This document shows positions 25,653-40,901 of a stretch of DNA of 64,000 nucleotides, piece by piece. The position numbers were made by a program, and so were the translations under genes. Location: the NCBI RefSeq assembly GCF_006345805.1, contig NC_043018.1:2914001-2978000 (forward strand), given 5' to 3'. The stretch's first letter is position 1, and each line of letters starts with the position of its first letter. This DNA comes from Octopus sinensis (lineage: Eukaryota). Under the pieces are notes generated by a model. The model worked only from the letters and a program-made list of their open reading frames with translations. It was not told where the DNA came from and did no database searches.

Positions 25653-26881
25653 TACGTTCCTTGTTACTAGATGCTTTGAGCACTGGTTCGAATCATACTC
25701 TAACCCCCAGGATTATAAGTGCAAAAAACCACAGGTTTTAAGTTAGAAGTCTATGGACTCCCGCTCATCAATGCATGTTTGCCTATCTAAAATCACTTCA
25801 GAATAGACCCGACCTCCTCTGTTTCAGTGGTGTCCAATAAAATCGAGATAAGCTTATCTACCTCATCTTTCCACCTTTCTGTTTAGTCTAACTTCAACAA
25901 TAAAAGTTCAAGAGTTGCGAATTAATAGCGAAATCACGTGGGATGTTTGAGGTAAAATTTGGTTCCGATTAGTTGCGTTCACCACAGAGCAATTGCTGCT
26001 TAAACTAGGCGCAAAATCAAACTTCCGAGTATTTAATCTATCCATATCTATGCAGCATTTTAAGTGTAACAAAACTCATCTAAATTTTCAGTTGTATACA
26101 GAAAAAAAAAAACATCGCGATGCATGCAAAACACAGAGTTTATTCATTTTGAGAAAAGATTTAATGAATTGATTAGTGAAAGCTGTGAGTTGTGTGGTTG
26201 AGGGCACCCAGACCAAATTAATTACCGGAGTACTGACCACAACAACATATATTTCAGGAGACATACGGCCGAGAAAAATTATTTGCCAAACCTGAACTCC
26301 CAAGGTCAGTGTACCACTCAGATGAGCCAAAGATTTTTATGAGTTAACAACACAACACAGTAACCACAAAAATCACTACAATAATAACGACCTCATTAAA
26401 ACGATCAAATAATGACTTCTAATGAGCCCGATTAAAAAATTCTGTTTTTTAATGAAACCACACGGAAGAAAATCACAATTCACAACCATCTGTTGATATA
26501 ATAAATATTTGTCTGTTTGTCTGCCTGTCGCGCTCTCTCTCTCCCCCATACACATACACACACACTGTATATGATTACATGTTTGTGCGTGTTACTTCGT
26601 ATGTGTTCGTGTTTGTGTGTTTGTGTGTGTGTAGTGTGAGCTTGTGTTTGGCGAATATCTATCTCATTGATTCGACCCATTTCTAAGTGTCGATGCACGC
26701 ATATAATTCCACTTTATTCAGCAACCGTACACATTCTCGCTTTGCAGGAAGTTCCTTAATGTGTGCGAAAAATCACTCTAAAATTACTATGAAACAATGA
26801 GGAATCGAAGCAGAACGACACAGTTTTATGTTTGAGGCTAAGCATTTGCGATGTCCTATGAACCCCTTGCTCTGTTTCCCA

Positions 26882-26914
<33 letters not shown>

Positions 26915-27058
26915 ACTACCACTCACACAAACGCATACAAAAACATACGTGTGTGTGTGTATATGTGTGTATACTTATGTCTGTGCATCAACTCACACAG
27001 TATGTTTATGTCTTTCTAACCACTTAATTTTCCTACATCTCTTCCTTTTTCTCTCTTC

Positions 27059-27098
<40 letters not shown>

Positions 27099-27242
27099 AC
27101 TACCACTCACACAAACGCATACAAAAACATACGTGTGTGTGTGTATATGTGTGTATACTTATGTCTGTGCATCAACTCACACAGTATGTTTATGTCTTTC
27201 TAACCACTTAATTTTCCTACATCTCTTCCTTTTTCTCTCTTC

Positions 27243-27273
<31 letters not shown>

Positions 27274-27690
27274 CTTCCCTTTCACTCATTATCTCTTTCT
27301 CTCACTACCACATTATTATATATATATATACACACATACGTGAGTGTGTGTAAATATATACTTGCACACTCCCCCTATATCACTCTAACTCTATTTCCCT
27401 ATTTCTTTCCATTTCATTCATTCTTCCCCTCCCTCCCCCTCACTCTCCTCCCCTCTCTGTCTCTCTCTCCCTCCCCTTCCCTTTCACTCATTATCTCTTT
27501 CTCTCACTACCACATTATATATATATATGCACACATACGTGAGTGTGTGTAAATATATACTTGCACAGCACCCCTACATCTCTCTAACTCTATTTCCCTA
27601 TTTCTTTCCATTTCACTCATTCTTCCTCTCCCTACCCCTCACTCTTCCCCACTCTTTGTCTCTCTCTCGCTCTCTCCCCATCTCTCTATC
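26882..27690. repeat. Four-unit tandem array (A,A',B,B'; periods 184 and about 200 bp) on a (CT)n scaffold
   Basis: Track ORFs at 26949 and 27133 start with identical sequence (period 184); second pair about 27275-27475 and 27476-27675; all units share TCTCTCACTACCAC...CATACGTG. Confidence 0.9.
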
Positions 27691-28154
27691 TCTCTATCAT
27701 CTGTCGAGATACTTTGAGACGCACAGATACCAAGTATGCCATAAAAATTAATGTGAATCGAGGGTGTAACTAAATAGCGAAATCTCGGAAGAGACATTAT
27801 TACGTGAATCAAATGACTTGTGCCTGTGAAACGTAATGGTTATTATAGCAAAACGAAAGCAAAACCTTATATTTCATTAATTAATTGAAACACGATAAAG
27901 CGCAGAGAACAGTATTCCGTTCCCAAGCGTTTACCTAGGCGTAATTTTAAGGTTTATATCTATTATTTCATCATCTAAAGGGGACATAGCTGTAGATTTT
28001 AATAGCAATCTGAAATTATAATAATTACATGAATGTAAGAATTCCAATTCGAAATTATGTTTCCACGTAATTAACTGGGACGTCTTTAGTAAGGAAGCAT
28101 CGATGTAAAGCGGGAATAATGGTTGAACATTTAATTAAATAATGCTGGATTTTA

Positions 28155-28735
28155 AGACGGTGACTGGCGGAATCGTTAGCACACCGGGCGAAATGCTTAG
28201 TAGTATTTCGTCTGCCGTTACGTTCTGAGTTCAAATTCCGCCGAGGTCCACTTTGCCTTCCATCCTTTCGTGGTCGATTAAATAAGTACCAGTTACGCAC
28301 TGGGGTCGATGTAATCGACTTAATCCGTTTGTCTGTCCTTGTTTGTCCCTTCTGTGTTTAGCCCCTTGTGGGTAGTAAAGAAATAAGTATTTCGTCTGCC
28401 GTTACGTTCTGAGTTCAAATTCCGCCGAGGTCCACTTTGCCTTTCATCCTTTCGTGGTCGATTAAATAAGTACAAGTTACGCACTGGGGTCGATGTAATC
28501 GACTTAATCCGTTTGTCTGTCCTTGTTTGTCCCTTCTGTGTTTAGCCCCTTGTGTGTAGTAAAGAAATAAGTATTTCGTCTGCCGTTACGTTCTGAGTTC
28601 AAATTCCGTCGAGGTCGACTTTGCCTTTCATCATTTGGAGAACGATAAATTACGTACCAGCTGTGTACTGGGATCGATTTAATCGGCTGGCCCCTCTCCA
28701 AAATATTCGGGCCTTCTACCGAGAGTAGAAAAGAA
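28155..28735 (+). mobile_element. Head-to-tail trimer of SINE family B
   Basis: GTATTTCGTCTGCCGTTACGTTCTGAGTTCAAATTCCG recurs at 28203, 28387 and 28571 (period 184); only the first unit has the 5' head; the third has a different tail. Confidence 0.93.
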
Positions 28736-28919
28736 TGATGTTGTAGTTTTTTCGGATTGTTTTAGATTGTTTCAACCTTTGCGGTTTAGGCCATGCTACA
28801 GCAAGGGAGACATACTAATTAATATCTGAACATAAGTATCTATCTGTTCTGTCTGTCTGTATTTATGTGCATATATATAATGCAATGTATATGCATATGT
28901 TATGTATATATATATATAT

Positions 28920-28984
<65 letters not shown>

Positions 28985-31019
28985 GTGTGTGTGTATGTAC
29001 AGTCTACTGTTCCCTGGTGGTAAGATCAACAAAAAGTACTTCATGTGCACACATGCATACACACACAAACACACACATATGCAGGAACGCTCTCATTCGT
29101 ACATGTGCATGACCACATGCTACATACACGCGCTCGCCCATATACACATACACAAACTCACATATTAACTAACATAAACACACAAGCATCCGCATACACA
29201 CCTGCGTACACACATAAGTCACAGTTGTCTCCCTTGCCACTGATTGTACTAAAGACGAATTTGGGTTCTTGAAACAGTTCGTTGTAAATTCTCACTGATT
29301 ATTGACACGTGACTGTGTTCATGAGTGGGTACCTACATAACTGTCACATCTGTATAAAGTCACGTAAATACAAACATACAGATAGCTATATCAATATTTG
29401 CAACGGTTTCTATTGCAGTTTCGGGTAACACCTGTTGGGACAGTATTCTTCAACTAAAATGCGTGCGCAAATGTTCATCACCGCTCACCATCCCACGGAA
29501 TCATTCTACAAAATAGATTATCAATTTACTAACTCGTTTGAAATTATTACTATATTTAACATTACCTTAAAACCGTCGTGCAATGTTGGTTTGCGTATGT
29601 AATAATGTATCTACGTGAAATATGGCATAAGGTAAACGAATCTACTACAGAGAGCCTAACATTTCTTTTTTTTAGGATTTCGCAAATATCGTTTAAAGGA
29701 GTAATTAATACCTTTGAATAGCATGGTTCCTGTCACAAAAATCGGTGAGCAAAAATCGTATTGGGAAAATTAGGAACGGTACATAAAATTTCATGACCGA
29801 TGCCAAATACTTGATTTGGGACTATTTCGTAATATCTCAATTTCCTGATAAAGTCTCTGTAAACTTGAGCGAGCATCACGCTAATACGATAATCGTCCTT
29901 CGTTCACATTTATTTAATCTATGTCTCTAAAACAATCTGAAACCGAAAGAACAATGCTTAAAGATGCAGAAATAAAGAGTTGCCGCATTGCTTTTGAGGC
30001 GTAGCAGATGACCTGGTATTGCTATATCGCTTACTATATATCTCTCTTCGTTGCCAGAAGAAATGAGACGTTTATTGTTGTTTGATGATAACTCAACAGG
30101 CATTCGTTTACAATATCCTTCTATTTCCCGGGGGCGAAGGGGGTTGCAAATATAATTACATCTGTTAAAATTTTATAGCTAAGGCTTGAAGTTTCCTTAT
30201 TAACTAATTTCAGTTAGAAATTAATTTACTAATACACTGGAGGGCGTATTTCCTTATAAAATATTAATTCACGTCATCATGGAATGTATTTCGTGGAAAT
30301 TGACGGAGACATTACGGCAAAGTTCTGGATTGTGTTTAATATAAATAGTGAATTCAATGAAGTTCTTTTTTTCTCCTAAACGAAAAGAAAATCAAAAGTG
30401 CGGTTAATTTATTTTAGTATTTTATAACAAGGGATACAAAATCTTTAGTTCAGCTACATTACCATTATCTAATAAACAGTTTGTCGTGCAGAAATATTTA
30501 TTCTATGTAACGTATTTATTCGCACGTAACTTACAATATTTGCGATATCTAAATTTAATGCGGGATGCGTATACGACGGTCAGTAAAGATATTGAAGTAA
30601 GTCTATCATTACCAAAACCACAAACTATTATGAGTAACAAAGAATGCTCGAAGAGTCGGAACCACCTTGCACAAACTAATATTGTTCTCAATGTGAGACA
30701 GTGAAGCCAAGATGAAAGTATTTTAGGCGTGACGTTTTGATTTTGCCGACTGTAAACATGTCAGAGGAAAGTGCAGAGGCTAGACAGATACAATGAATTG
30801 TAATTGATGAGATAAGCAAAAGGAAATGGCAGAAATGAATGTGAGAGGGGAATGGAGTCTGAGTGAAAGCGTCTGGTCATTAAATATACAACTGAGGCTG
30901 CAATAAACTGGATTGCTACAATGAAGCATTAGTACAAAGGAGTGTATATTAATGTATATGAATATATATATATATATATATATATGTTTGTGTGTGTGTA
31001 TGTATGTATATATATATAT

Positions 31020-31150
31020 ACCACATGGTCCGGGTTCAGTCCCACTGCGTGGCATCTTGGACAACTGTCTTCTACTATAGCCTCGGGCCGACCAAAGCCT
31101 TGTGAGTGGAATTGCTTGACGGAAACTGAAAGAATCCCGTCGTATATATG

Positions 31151-31185
<35 letters not shown>

Positions 31186-31395
31186 TTGTGTGTCTGTGTT
31201 TGTCCCCCTAGCACTGCTTGACAACCGATGCTGGTGTGTTTATGTCCCCGTCACGTAGCGGTTCGGCAAAAAGAGAGCGATAGAATAAGTACTGGGCTTA
31301 CAAAGAATAAGTCCCGGGGTCGGGTTGCTCGATTAAAGGCGGTGCTTCAGCATGGCCGCAGTCCATTGACTGAAACAAATAATAGAGTAAAAGAG

Positions 31396-31398
<3 letters not shown>
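31020..31398 (+). mobile_element. SINE family A, 5'-truncated
   Basis: Matches the reverse complement of 676-1094 from CCACATGG..GGTTCAGTCCC to the GAGTAAAA tail; both ends in (TA)n. Confidence 0.92.
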
Positions 31399-31482
<84 letters not shown>

Positions 31483-31496
31483 CACGCACAGAAGTA

Positions 31497-31604
31497 TGCT
31501 CAGTGTAATATCACGTGATGCCTTTCTTCTCTATAGAGCCGAACTGCCAGCCCTGATTCAAATATGTTCATTAATGGCTGGAAAAAAGTTATAGTTGTCG
31601 AATA
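31497..31604 (+). repeat. Left arm of a roughly 108-bp inverted repeat (partner 34235-34343)
   Basis: CTCAGTGTAATATCACGTGATGCCTTTCTTCTCTATAG...CAAATATGTTCATTAATGGCTGGAAAAAAGTTATAGTTGTCGAATA. Confidence 0.9.
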
Positions 31605-31682
31605 CGTAACATTCTAAATTTTATATAATATAATATGATACAATATATATACATGCGTGTGTGTGTGTGTTTGCGTGTGTGC

Positions 31683-31723
<41 letters not shown>

Positions 31724-31819
31724 CGTACACATATTAAATCGCAAATAAAATGACAGATAAATAGAAAATAGTTGATTGTAATATTTGAAGGCAAAGTTAG
31801 AGTAAAGCTAGACATAATA

Positions 31820-33030
31820 AGATGAGGTGGGAGAAGGGGAAAGTATCATTTCAAATGCCAGGAAACCATTACTTTTCTTTGACTATTTCACCTTGGTCGA
31901 AAACGGTGCAGATTCCTTATTTGTGTCTGATGTGTCGATGGGTACATACGACGGTGCGGAATTATGCATTCTAGTAGGTGTTTATATCCTGTCCAAATTG
32001 CAATTAGAATTCCCTATCTTTAAATGATGATTAAATAGGTATAATGGCGTCATAGATCCCTGTAACATAAATAGGCATGAACTTGATGTTGTTAGGAAGA
32101 ATTTTATTGAAATCTTCCACAGAATGGGCTTAAAATTTACAATAGACACAAACCTCAATAGAATCAGATAGATTTAAACCATTTCGTCAGCCTAATGAAA
32201 AGCAATTCTTTATTGATAACGGGTTTAATCACCCACCTGGCATTCTTGGAAATATGGTTAGCATCATAGGAAAGGGCGCTTCATCACAATTTTCCGACCA
32301 GGCTGCCTCGCAATATTATAATGACACTTTGCAAAATGACTCTTTGCAAAACAGTGGATTCTCAGAGAAGATCTGATATATTCGTAATGAAGGTAATCAT
32401 ATTAGAGCCCGCAGAACTAGAATGAGAACGATTTTGTGGTTCAGCCTAGCTTTTCGAACCACTGTTAGAACTAAGGTAGGCAGACAAAGTGTCATTCTAC
32501 ATTCTAGATACTTTCCAGTCAATCATAAGTATCGTGAAACTTTCAAAAGAAGAACGCTTCGGGTTAGCTATTCTGATTGTAAAACTTTGTTTCTTTAAGA
32601 AACAAGCGTAAGACAAAGATCCATTGCAAAACTAATGGTTCCACGGAAAAAAATTACCCAAAATATATTTGTAAAGACCAGAGCAGCTGTTTTTAGACGC
32701 AAATTACTTAAAAGGCATAGTTTATAGCGCCACATTTCAGAAGGACAACACAAGGCATACATAGGTAGCACAGAGAACACTTTCAAAATAAGACTATACC
32801 CTCACAAAAATTCCTTTCAATACATGGAGTATAGACCTGCAACCAGGTTGGCCAAACACATATGGTAGTTAAAAGGAGCAGATTTTTTCCCATTTAAAAT
32901 TTACTTGTCTATATGTTGTTTGTTTGATATTTTTTGTTTCTGATAAGGCAGCTCCGACAGGTACGTGCCACACGAAAGCTCAATGAGATGCCATTTATGT
33001 TTGAGCGACAAGATTTGTTATATTTTTCCT
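31820..33030 (+). mobile_element. Penelope-like retroelement relic (RT plus GIY-YIG), Naiad-like
   Basis: DVSMGTYDGAELCILVGVYILSKL (RT), then KGIVYSA...KAYIGSTENTFKIRLYPHKNSF...TRLAKHIW*LK...RCHLCL (GIY-YIG with a downstream CxxC). Many stops and frameshifts; clade call is from recalled motifs. Confidence 0.85.
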
Positions 33031-33122
33031 GGATAAACATGCTTTGAACCACAAAACGTAGCTCCTATATTTTTGCAGACATTCTTCAAGAGGGAGAGAA
33101 GGAAAGAGAGAAAGAGAGGGAA

Positions 33123-33211
<89 letters not shown>

Positions 33212-33606
33212 CGGATAGATATATAGAGATGTATATATAGGTGTGTATGTACATGCGTGTGCGTGCATCCAACTAACGGTAACGTAAAACTTTAAGTAAG
33301 AGTGTGTGGAAATTTTTTCCGCTTTAATAAAAAATATTACTCTACTCTCGGTATTCGAGAACTATTTTGCTATCATGCTTCGCATTTATGAGGTTGCTTA
33401 TATGTATATATATATACATGTACACTAAATAATGAACCGAACACTGTGTTCTGATAAAAGTGACGGGAGGAGAATATTTCGAAATTCTTATCACAAAAAA
33501 AAAAAACGTGTTACCGACCAAACAGGCAAAAATATATAACAATAAAACTCGCATTTCAACTCGTAAAACAGAATTCTCGGGATTTTAGCGAAAATACTCT
33601 ACGAAT

Positions 33607-33649
<43 letters not shown>

Positions 33650-33732
33650 CATATGATACGTGATTTAATTCAAACAACGTGCTAAACACATACATACACA
33701 CACATAATTATACATATACATACATACATACA

Positions 33733-33796
<64 letters not shown>

Positions 33797-34234
33797 CAGA
33801 AGTAAATATAATTGTAGACTGAAGAGCAGCAGTATGATATTGGCAACGCTGTAGAATCTGAGATAAAATACACAGAGATATTGTCAACAGTGAGTCGGAA
33901 ATGAAGTGAAATACGAAAATATAATGCCATAGAAATGATGTAGGTATGGGGACATATCAATACACACAAGAGATTAGATAAAAGCCAAATTTTAACTTTC
34001 GCTGTTTGCTTATTTCATGTACAACTTTGTCTGTTAATGTTTGCTTTGAACTCTGCTAACTCTGCTAAAAATGTCTGTGGAAGCGAGCCAACAGCAGAGC
34101 ATCTGAGAAAGCGTCGCCAAAACTTCCTTAAATAAACGGCCATCCTCTGTGATTCATTAAAACAGAATAAGATAGAGAATGTTATGTATATTAATAAAAG
34201 AGACAGAATGGTTCTGCTCCATAAGTATCTGGTT

Positions 34235-34343
34235 TATTCGATAACTATAACTCTTTTCCAGACATTAATGAACATATTTGGATCGGGGCTTGTCAGATCG
34301 GCGCTATAGAGAAGAAAGGTATCACGTGATATTACACTGAGTA
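34235..34343 (-). repeat. Right arm of the inverted repeat (partner 31497-31604)
   Basis: Reverse complement reads CTCAGTGTAATATCACGTGATACCTTTCTTCTCTATAG...CAAATATGTTCATTAATGTCTGGAAAAGAGTTATAGTTATCGAATA. Confidence 0.9.
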
Positions 34344-34751
34344 TCGTTTCGGTCCGAGTTCTAATTCTGTCGAGGTACACTTTGCCTTTGTACTTTTTTT
34401 AGTCGCTATTATATTTAGTTTCGATGTAGCAATGATTAATATAGTTGACCAAAGCAATGCAATTGATACTTCGCCATATCAAATGACTTCAGCCAGATTC
34501 AACTATTTTAAGAATAACAAAATTAACTCTTTAACAAATGACTGCAAAAATATATTGCTTTCAGCTCTAGCACAAATTGCGATGTATTACATCAGACATG
34601 ACCGGCGGTCAAGCAGAAACTGTAGTGTGTCAGACAAAGTGTTTAGTATCCAGTTGTATGTGTTAAACTTGTGTATTGAAATACCACTGAGGTCAACTTT
34701 ACCTTCTAAGCCAGTGTGATGAGTTCAAATTCAATATCAGTCAAATTCAAA

Positions 34752-34960
34752 GGGACGGCGAGCTGGCAGAAACGTTAGCACGCCGGACGAAATGCTTAGC
34801 GTTATTTCGTTTATCTTTACGTTCTGAGTTCAAATTCCGCCGAGGTCAACTTTGCTTTTCATCATTTCGGGGTCGATGCATTAAGTAGCAGTTGTGTTCT
34901 GGGGTCGATGTAAGCGACTCGATTCCTCACTAACAATTTCGGGCTTTGTGCCTCGATTAA
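34752..34960 (+). mobile_element. SINE family B
   Basis: GGCGAGCTGGCAGAAACGTTAGCACGCCGG...GAGTTCAAATTCCGCCGAGGTC. Confidence 0.9.
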
Positions 34961-35059
34961 AAAAAATATCAGTCAATTATAATTTTTTAAAGCTCCCCAA
35001 TAAATATGCGGTCGTAGGTAAAAAAAAAAAGCTAGGTATCTCAGACTCACTGTATATTC

Positions 35060-35288
35060 ATTTCTTTATTGCCCACAGGGAGCCAAACATAGAGGGGACA
35101 AAGAAGGACAGGGAAAGGGATTAAGTCGATCTCATCGACCCCAGTGTGTAACTGTTAGTTATTAATGGATCCGGAATGGATGAAAGGCAAAGTCAACCTT
35201 GGCGGAATTTGAACTCAGAACGTAACGACAGACGAAATATCGCTAAGCATTTCGCCTGGCATACAAACGATTCTACAACTCGCCACCC
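35060..35288 (-). mobile_element. SINE family B (tail-to-tail with the previous copy)
   Basis: GATGAAAGGCAAAGTCAACCTTGGCGGAATTTGAACTCAGAACGTAAC is the reverse complement of the family core. Confidence 0.9.
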
Positions 35289-36113
35289 ACCCTGTATATT
35301 GAATCTGACTGTATATCGAAACCTCGTTCTGTTACTTCTGTCTTCCCTCTTTCTTAATCTCCACCCCACTCTCCTAAACCTACAAACTCGACCATACTCA
35401 CAGCTATGTACAAATAGCAGCAAGTCTTTGAATCTGTTTGATTGCTAATTCGTTGTCATAACATAAATTACTAACATAATGCATTACTTCAATAGAATGT
35501 ATGATTAATGAAGTCAAATACAGTACTTGGTGGTTATTTTAGTGCACAAAAACAACACCATAAAATTCTTGTAACAGTCTTATATTCTTAAACAACAAAA
35601 TACTTTATAAAATGTATTAAACACTATCGACGTTTTGTTATTTAAAATTCCACTAACGACCAATTTATAGATTTTTATGAAAAGAGTTAAGCAGGTTAAT
35701 AAAAGTAAATATACTTCAACGTCAACAAGATAATAAAAATAAATACATCGTCGACAATACAGTGAAAAATTATAATGTAGAGTGTACAGTTGTTCATATT
35801 TGCTCTCTATAGCATTTCCTGATATAATTTTAATTGAATAAAACAAGCCATGAGAAGAGATTAGAAAGCATTCTTCCTATCTGCTCAGCACAACCAATAA
35901 GATATTACCTGAGTTAATCGGTTGCTGAAATAATAGAAATAATTTGATTACACACCGCTCTCCCTCTAATTTTCGCTTCCCCTTACTCTCCATACGTTCA
36001 TACATCTATACATGTATAGGTATATATGCATACATAGATGTATGCATTCATATATGTATATATATGCCAATATATATATATATAATATACATATATATAT
36101 ATATATATTATAT

Positions 36114-36190
<77 letters not shown>

Positions 36191-36195
36191 TTGCA

Positions 36196-36234
<39 letters not shown>

Positions 36235-37329
36235 ACACACACATGCATATATATTCGACTGAAATGACTTGTCATTACGTTGTTTTACGTTAACTCATTT
36301 AGCCAGGCCGCATAAGGAGAATTAGAAAACGTTACATGTGTGTGTTGTGTGTGTATATGTTTATATATACACATATACATACATACATACATACATACAG
36401 ACATGCATGCACACACACACACACATATATATATAATAATATATATATATATATATATATAGATATTCAGAATGAAAGATGTACGTGTGTGCCGTAAATG
36501 TGTGTGTGTCTGTATCAATATTATGTCAGTAATGAAAAAATTAGTGCTGTTATATTATAAAATTGATATTGATGCAGCATATAAGAGGATATGCTTTAAT
36601 TTAAGGAATTACTGTTCGAAAGACAATATTATATGCAATTACATTTTTAATAGAAAGATAATATATTATTGCAGATTAATGTAAGCTGAAATAGATATAA
36701 TCGCAAAAAGAAAAACCAAGCGGAATATTTGCATCTACGCTACCTCAGCATGAGTATACAAAGCAAGATCGCCCTAATCGCACATGGGGAGAAGTTCAAC
36801 GAAACTGTGCCTGGTTCTGTAAAAGGGATTTATTTTCGTATACGATTTATCGAAACGCCTTGGGTTTAGCCTATTTTTATATATCTCTATAAATATATGG
36901 ACCCGGGTAAAGGGAATATAATTCATTTGCGTATAAGTCATAGCAGCCTAAGATAAATTTATTGTTTGCTTCTGATTGCTCGTATATGTTGGTATTCAAG
37001 TTAGATCAAACTTAGATGTAGGAAATTGGCTTTTGTAACCTACTGAAGTTAACTCCACACTTAGCGGCTAAATTTCTCTCTACCTATTGCATTCATCCAC
37101 AAATTCATCGTAACACACAGAAGTAAATTTAAACACCGAACAGCATTTTGCAACGCAAACGCGACATTCCGTTGGCAATTCCAACCAACCCATTGCAGCT
37201 CCACATTAAATTATTATGTCCCACTACCTGTTGCTTTCGATACCTGCTGCCGCCGCTGTTGCTTCATTTACTGCTGCTGCTACTACTACTACTACTACTA
37301 CTATTACTACTACTACTATACTACGGTGG

Positions 37330-37409
37330 TGGCAGATGGCCTAGTGGTTAGAGCAGCGGAATCGCGGTCGAGGGATCGCGGGTTCGAATCTCAGACGTGG
37401 GCGAATTTG

Positions 37410-37412
<3 letters not shown>
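37330..37412 (+). mobile_element. Isolated tRNA-like SINE head (family C type)
   Basis: TGGCCTAGTGGTTAGAGCAGCGG..TCGCGGTCG..GGATCGCGGGTTCGAATC; same head type as 54914 and 62790. Confidence 0.8.
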
Positions 37413-38190
<778 letters not shown>

Positions 38191-38194
38191 TTTG

Positions 38195-39335
<1,141 letters not shown>

Positions 39336-39378
39336 TGGATGCAAGTTGTGTGAGCGGAGGGGTATATATATATATATA

Positions 39379-39598
39379 TAATCCCTCGCCATATCTCGGT
39401 TCACCTATCGCGGTTTATTATTTAAGCTTACGCCGATTTCTTCGTGGGGTTGATTTGCACATATAATAAAAGAAATACGTGCAAATTATAAAAATAATAA
39501 TAAAAGAATCTACAGTATAGTACTCTTTCTACTTCGCGGATTTTCATTTACAGCTGGGTATTTTAGAAAGTAACACCTGCGATACTGGAGGTATTAGG
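39379..39598. mobile_element. pogo/Tigger-type MITE relic
   Basis: Left TAATCCCTCGCCATATCTCGGTT and right CCTGCGATACTGGAGGTATTA are degenerate inverted ends; AT-rich non-coding interior. Confidence 0.55.
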
Positions 39599-39609
39599 GA
39601 ATATATATA

Positions 39610-40901
39610 CGAGGGACGTTCAATAAGTAATGCCTCAGACCCACTTGCAGTTCTTTGATCTAGCTGAAATTTTGTCTGTGCAATTATTTATATCTCTATA
39701 GATTAAGTGGCAAATTACAGCTCTGAAATAATTGTGGTTTCTGATTTACAGGTGTTTGAACTGAGTCAAGTGTGAAATGGAGCCTGTTGAGTGTCGAGCA
39801 GTGATCCGGTTTTTGTATTTGAAAGGACGCACACCACGTGAGACATTTGATGAAATGAAAGTAACTTATGGTGATGATGCCCCATCATATGACCTTGTAA
39901 AACCCTGGCATCGTGAATTCAAACATGGTCGGAACTCTGTGGAAACAGCTCCCAGATCTGGTCGCCCCCCTTCTGCCATTGATGAGGCATCTGTCCGTCA
40001 AGTTGAGGCTGCCATTTTGGAAGATCGACGCATAACAATTCGCCAAATAGCCCATCAGGTCAAGATTAGTACCGGGTCTGTGGAAACTATCATTCATGAC
40101 CACTTGCATATGCAAAAGGTGTCTGCCAGATGGATTCCCAGGCTGCTCACACCTTTCCAGAAGCAAGAACGCGTCGAGTGCTCGAGGATGAATTTGGAGA
40201 TGTGCCAAGAAGATGAGTCAAAATTTTTCAAAAGACTGATTACACAGGATTAAACCTGGGTCCATCACGATGATCCAGAGACCAAAGCCCAGTCAATGCA
40301 GTGGAAGCACCGTGACTCACCTCCTCCAAAGAAGGCAAGGGTGCAGCCCTTCGCTGGCAAGGACATGCTCACAGTCTTCTGGGACCAGGACGGAGTAGTG
40401 ATGACAGATTTCCCGGCAAAGGGTACCACAATTACAGGAGCCTATTATGCTTCACTTTTGAGGAAATTAAGAGAAGCTATCAAAATCAAGAGGCGGGGCA
40501 AGATCAGAAAAGATATCCTCCTCCTGCAGGACAACTCTCCGGTCCACAACTCGCGTGTCGCCAGATCAGAAGCACAGGCGTGCGGCTATGAACTCCTCCC
40601 CATCCCCCCTACTCTCCTGACCTTGAACCCTCTGATTTTCACCTCTTCCCAGCCATGAAGTTGTTTCTGAAGGGAAAGCGTTTCACAGATGATGCAGCCT
40701 TGATTTCTGAAGTCACGTCGTGGTTGGAGGACCAAGCTGGGGGTCTTCTACAAAAACGGTCTCCAGAGCTGCATCAAACAATGGGAGAAATGCGTAACTC
40801 TGGGTGATTCCTATGTAGAAAAATACTAATAACTGTGCTAAGTTTCGTTGCTCTACTGCAATGGGAAGTGGGTCAGGGGCATTACTTATTGAACGCCCCT
40901 C

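Noticed and set aside
28155-28735. Regularly spaced repeats superficially like a CRISPR array
   Set aside because: Whole 184-bp units repeat, with no unique spacers and no cas genes; this is a SINE multimer.
33815-33860. Weak hammerhead-like motifs here and at 17278-17336, 41195-41235 and 52370-52405
   Set aside because: Each has altered core boxes and poor stems, so it cannot be separated from chance without a family consensus.
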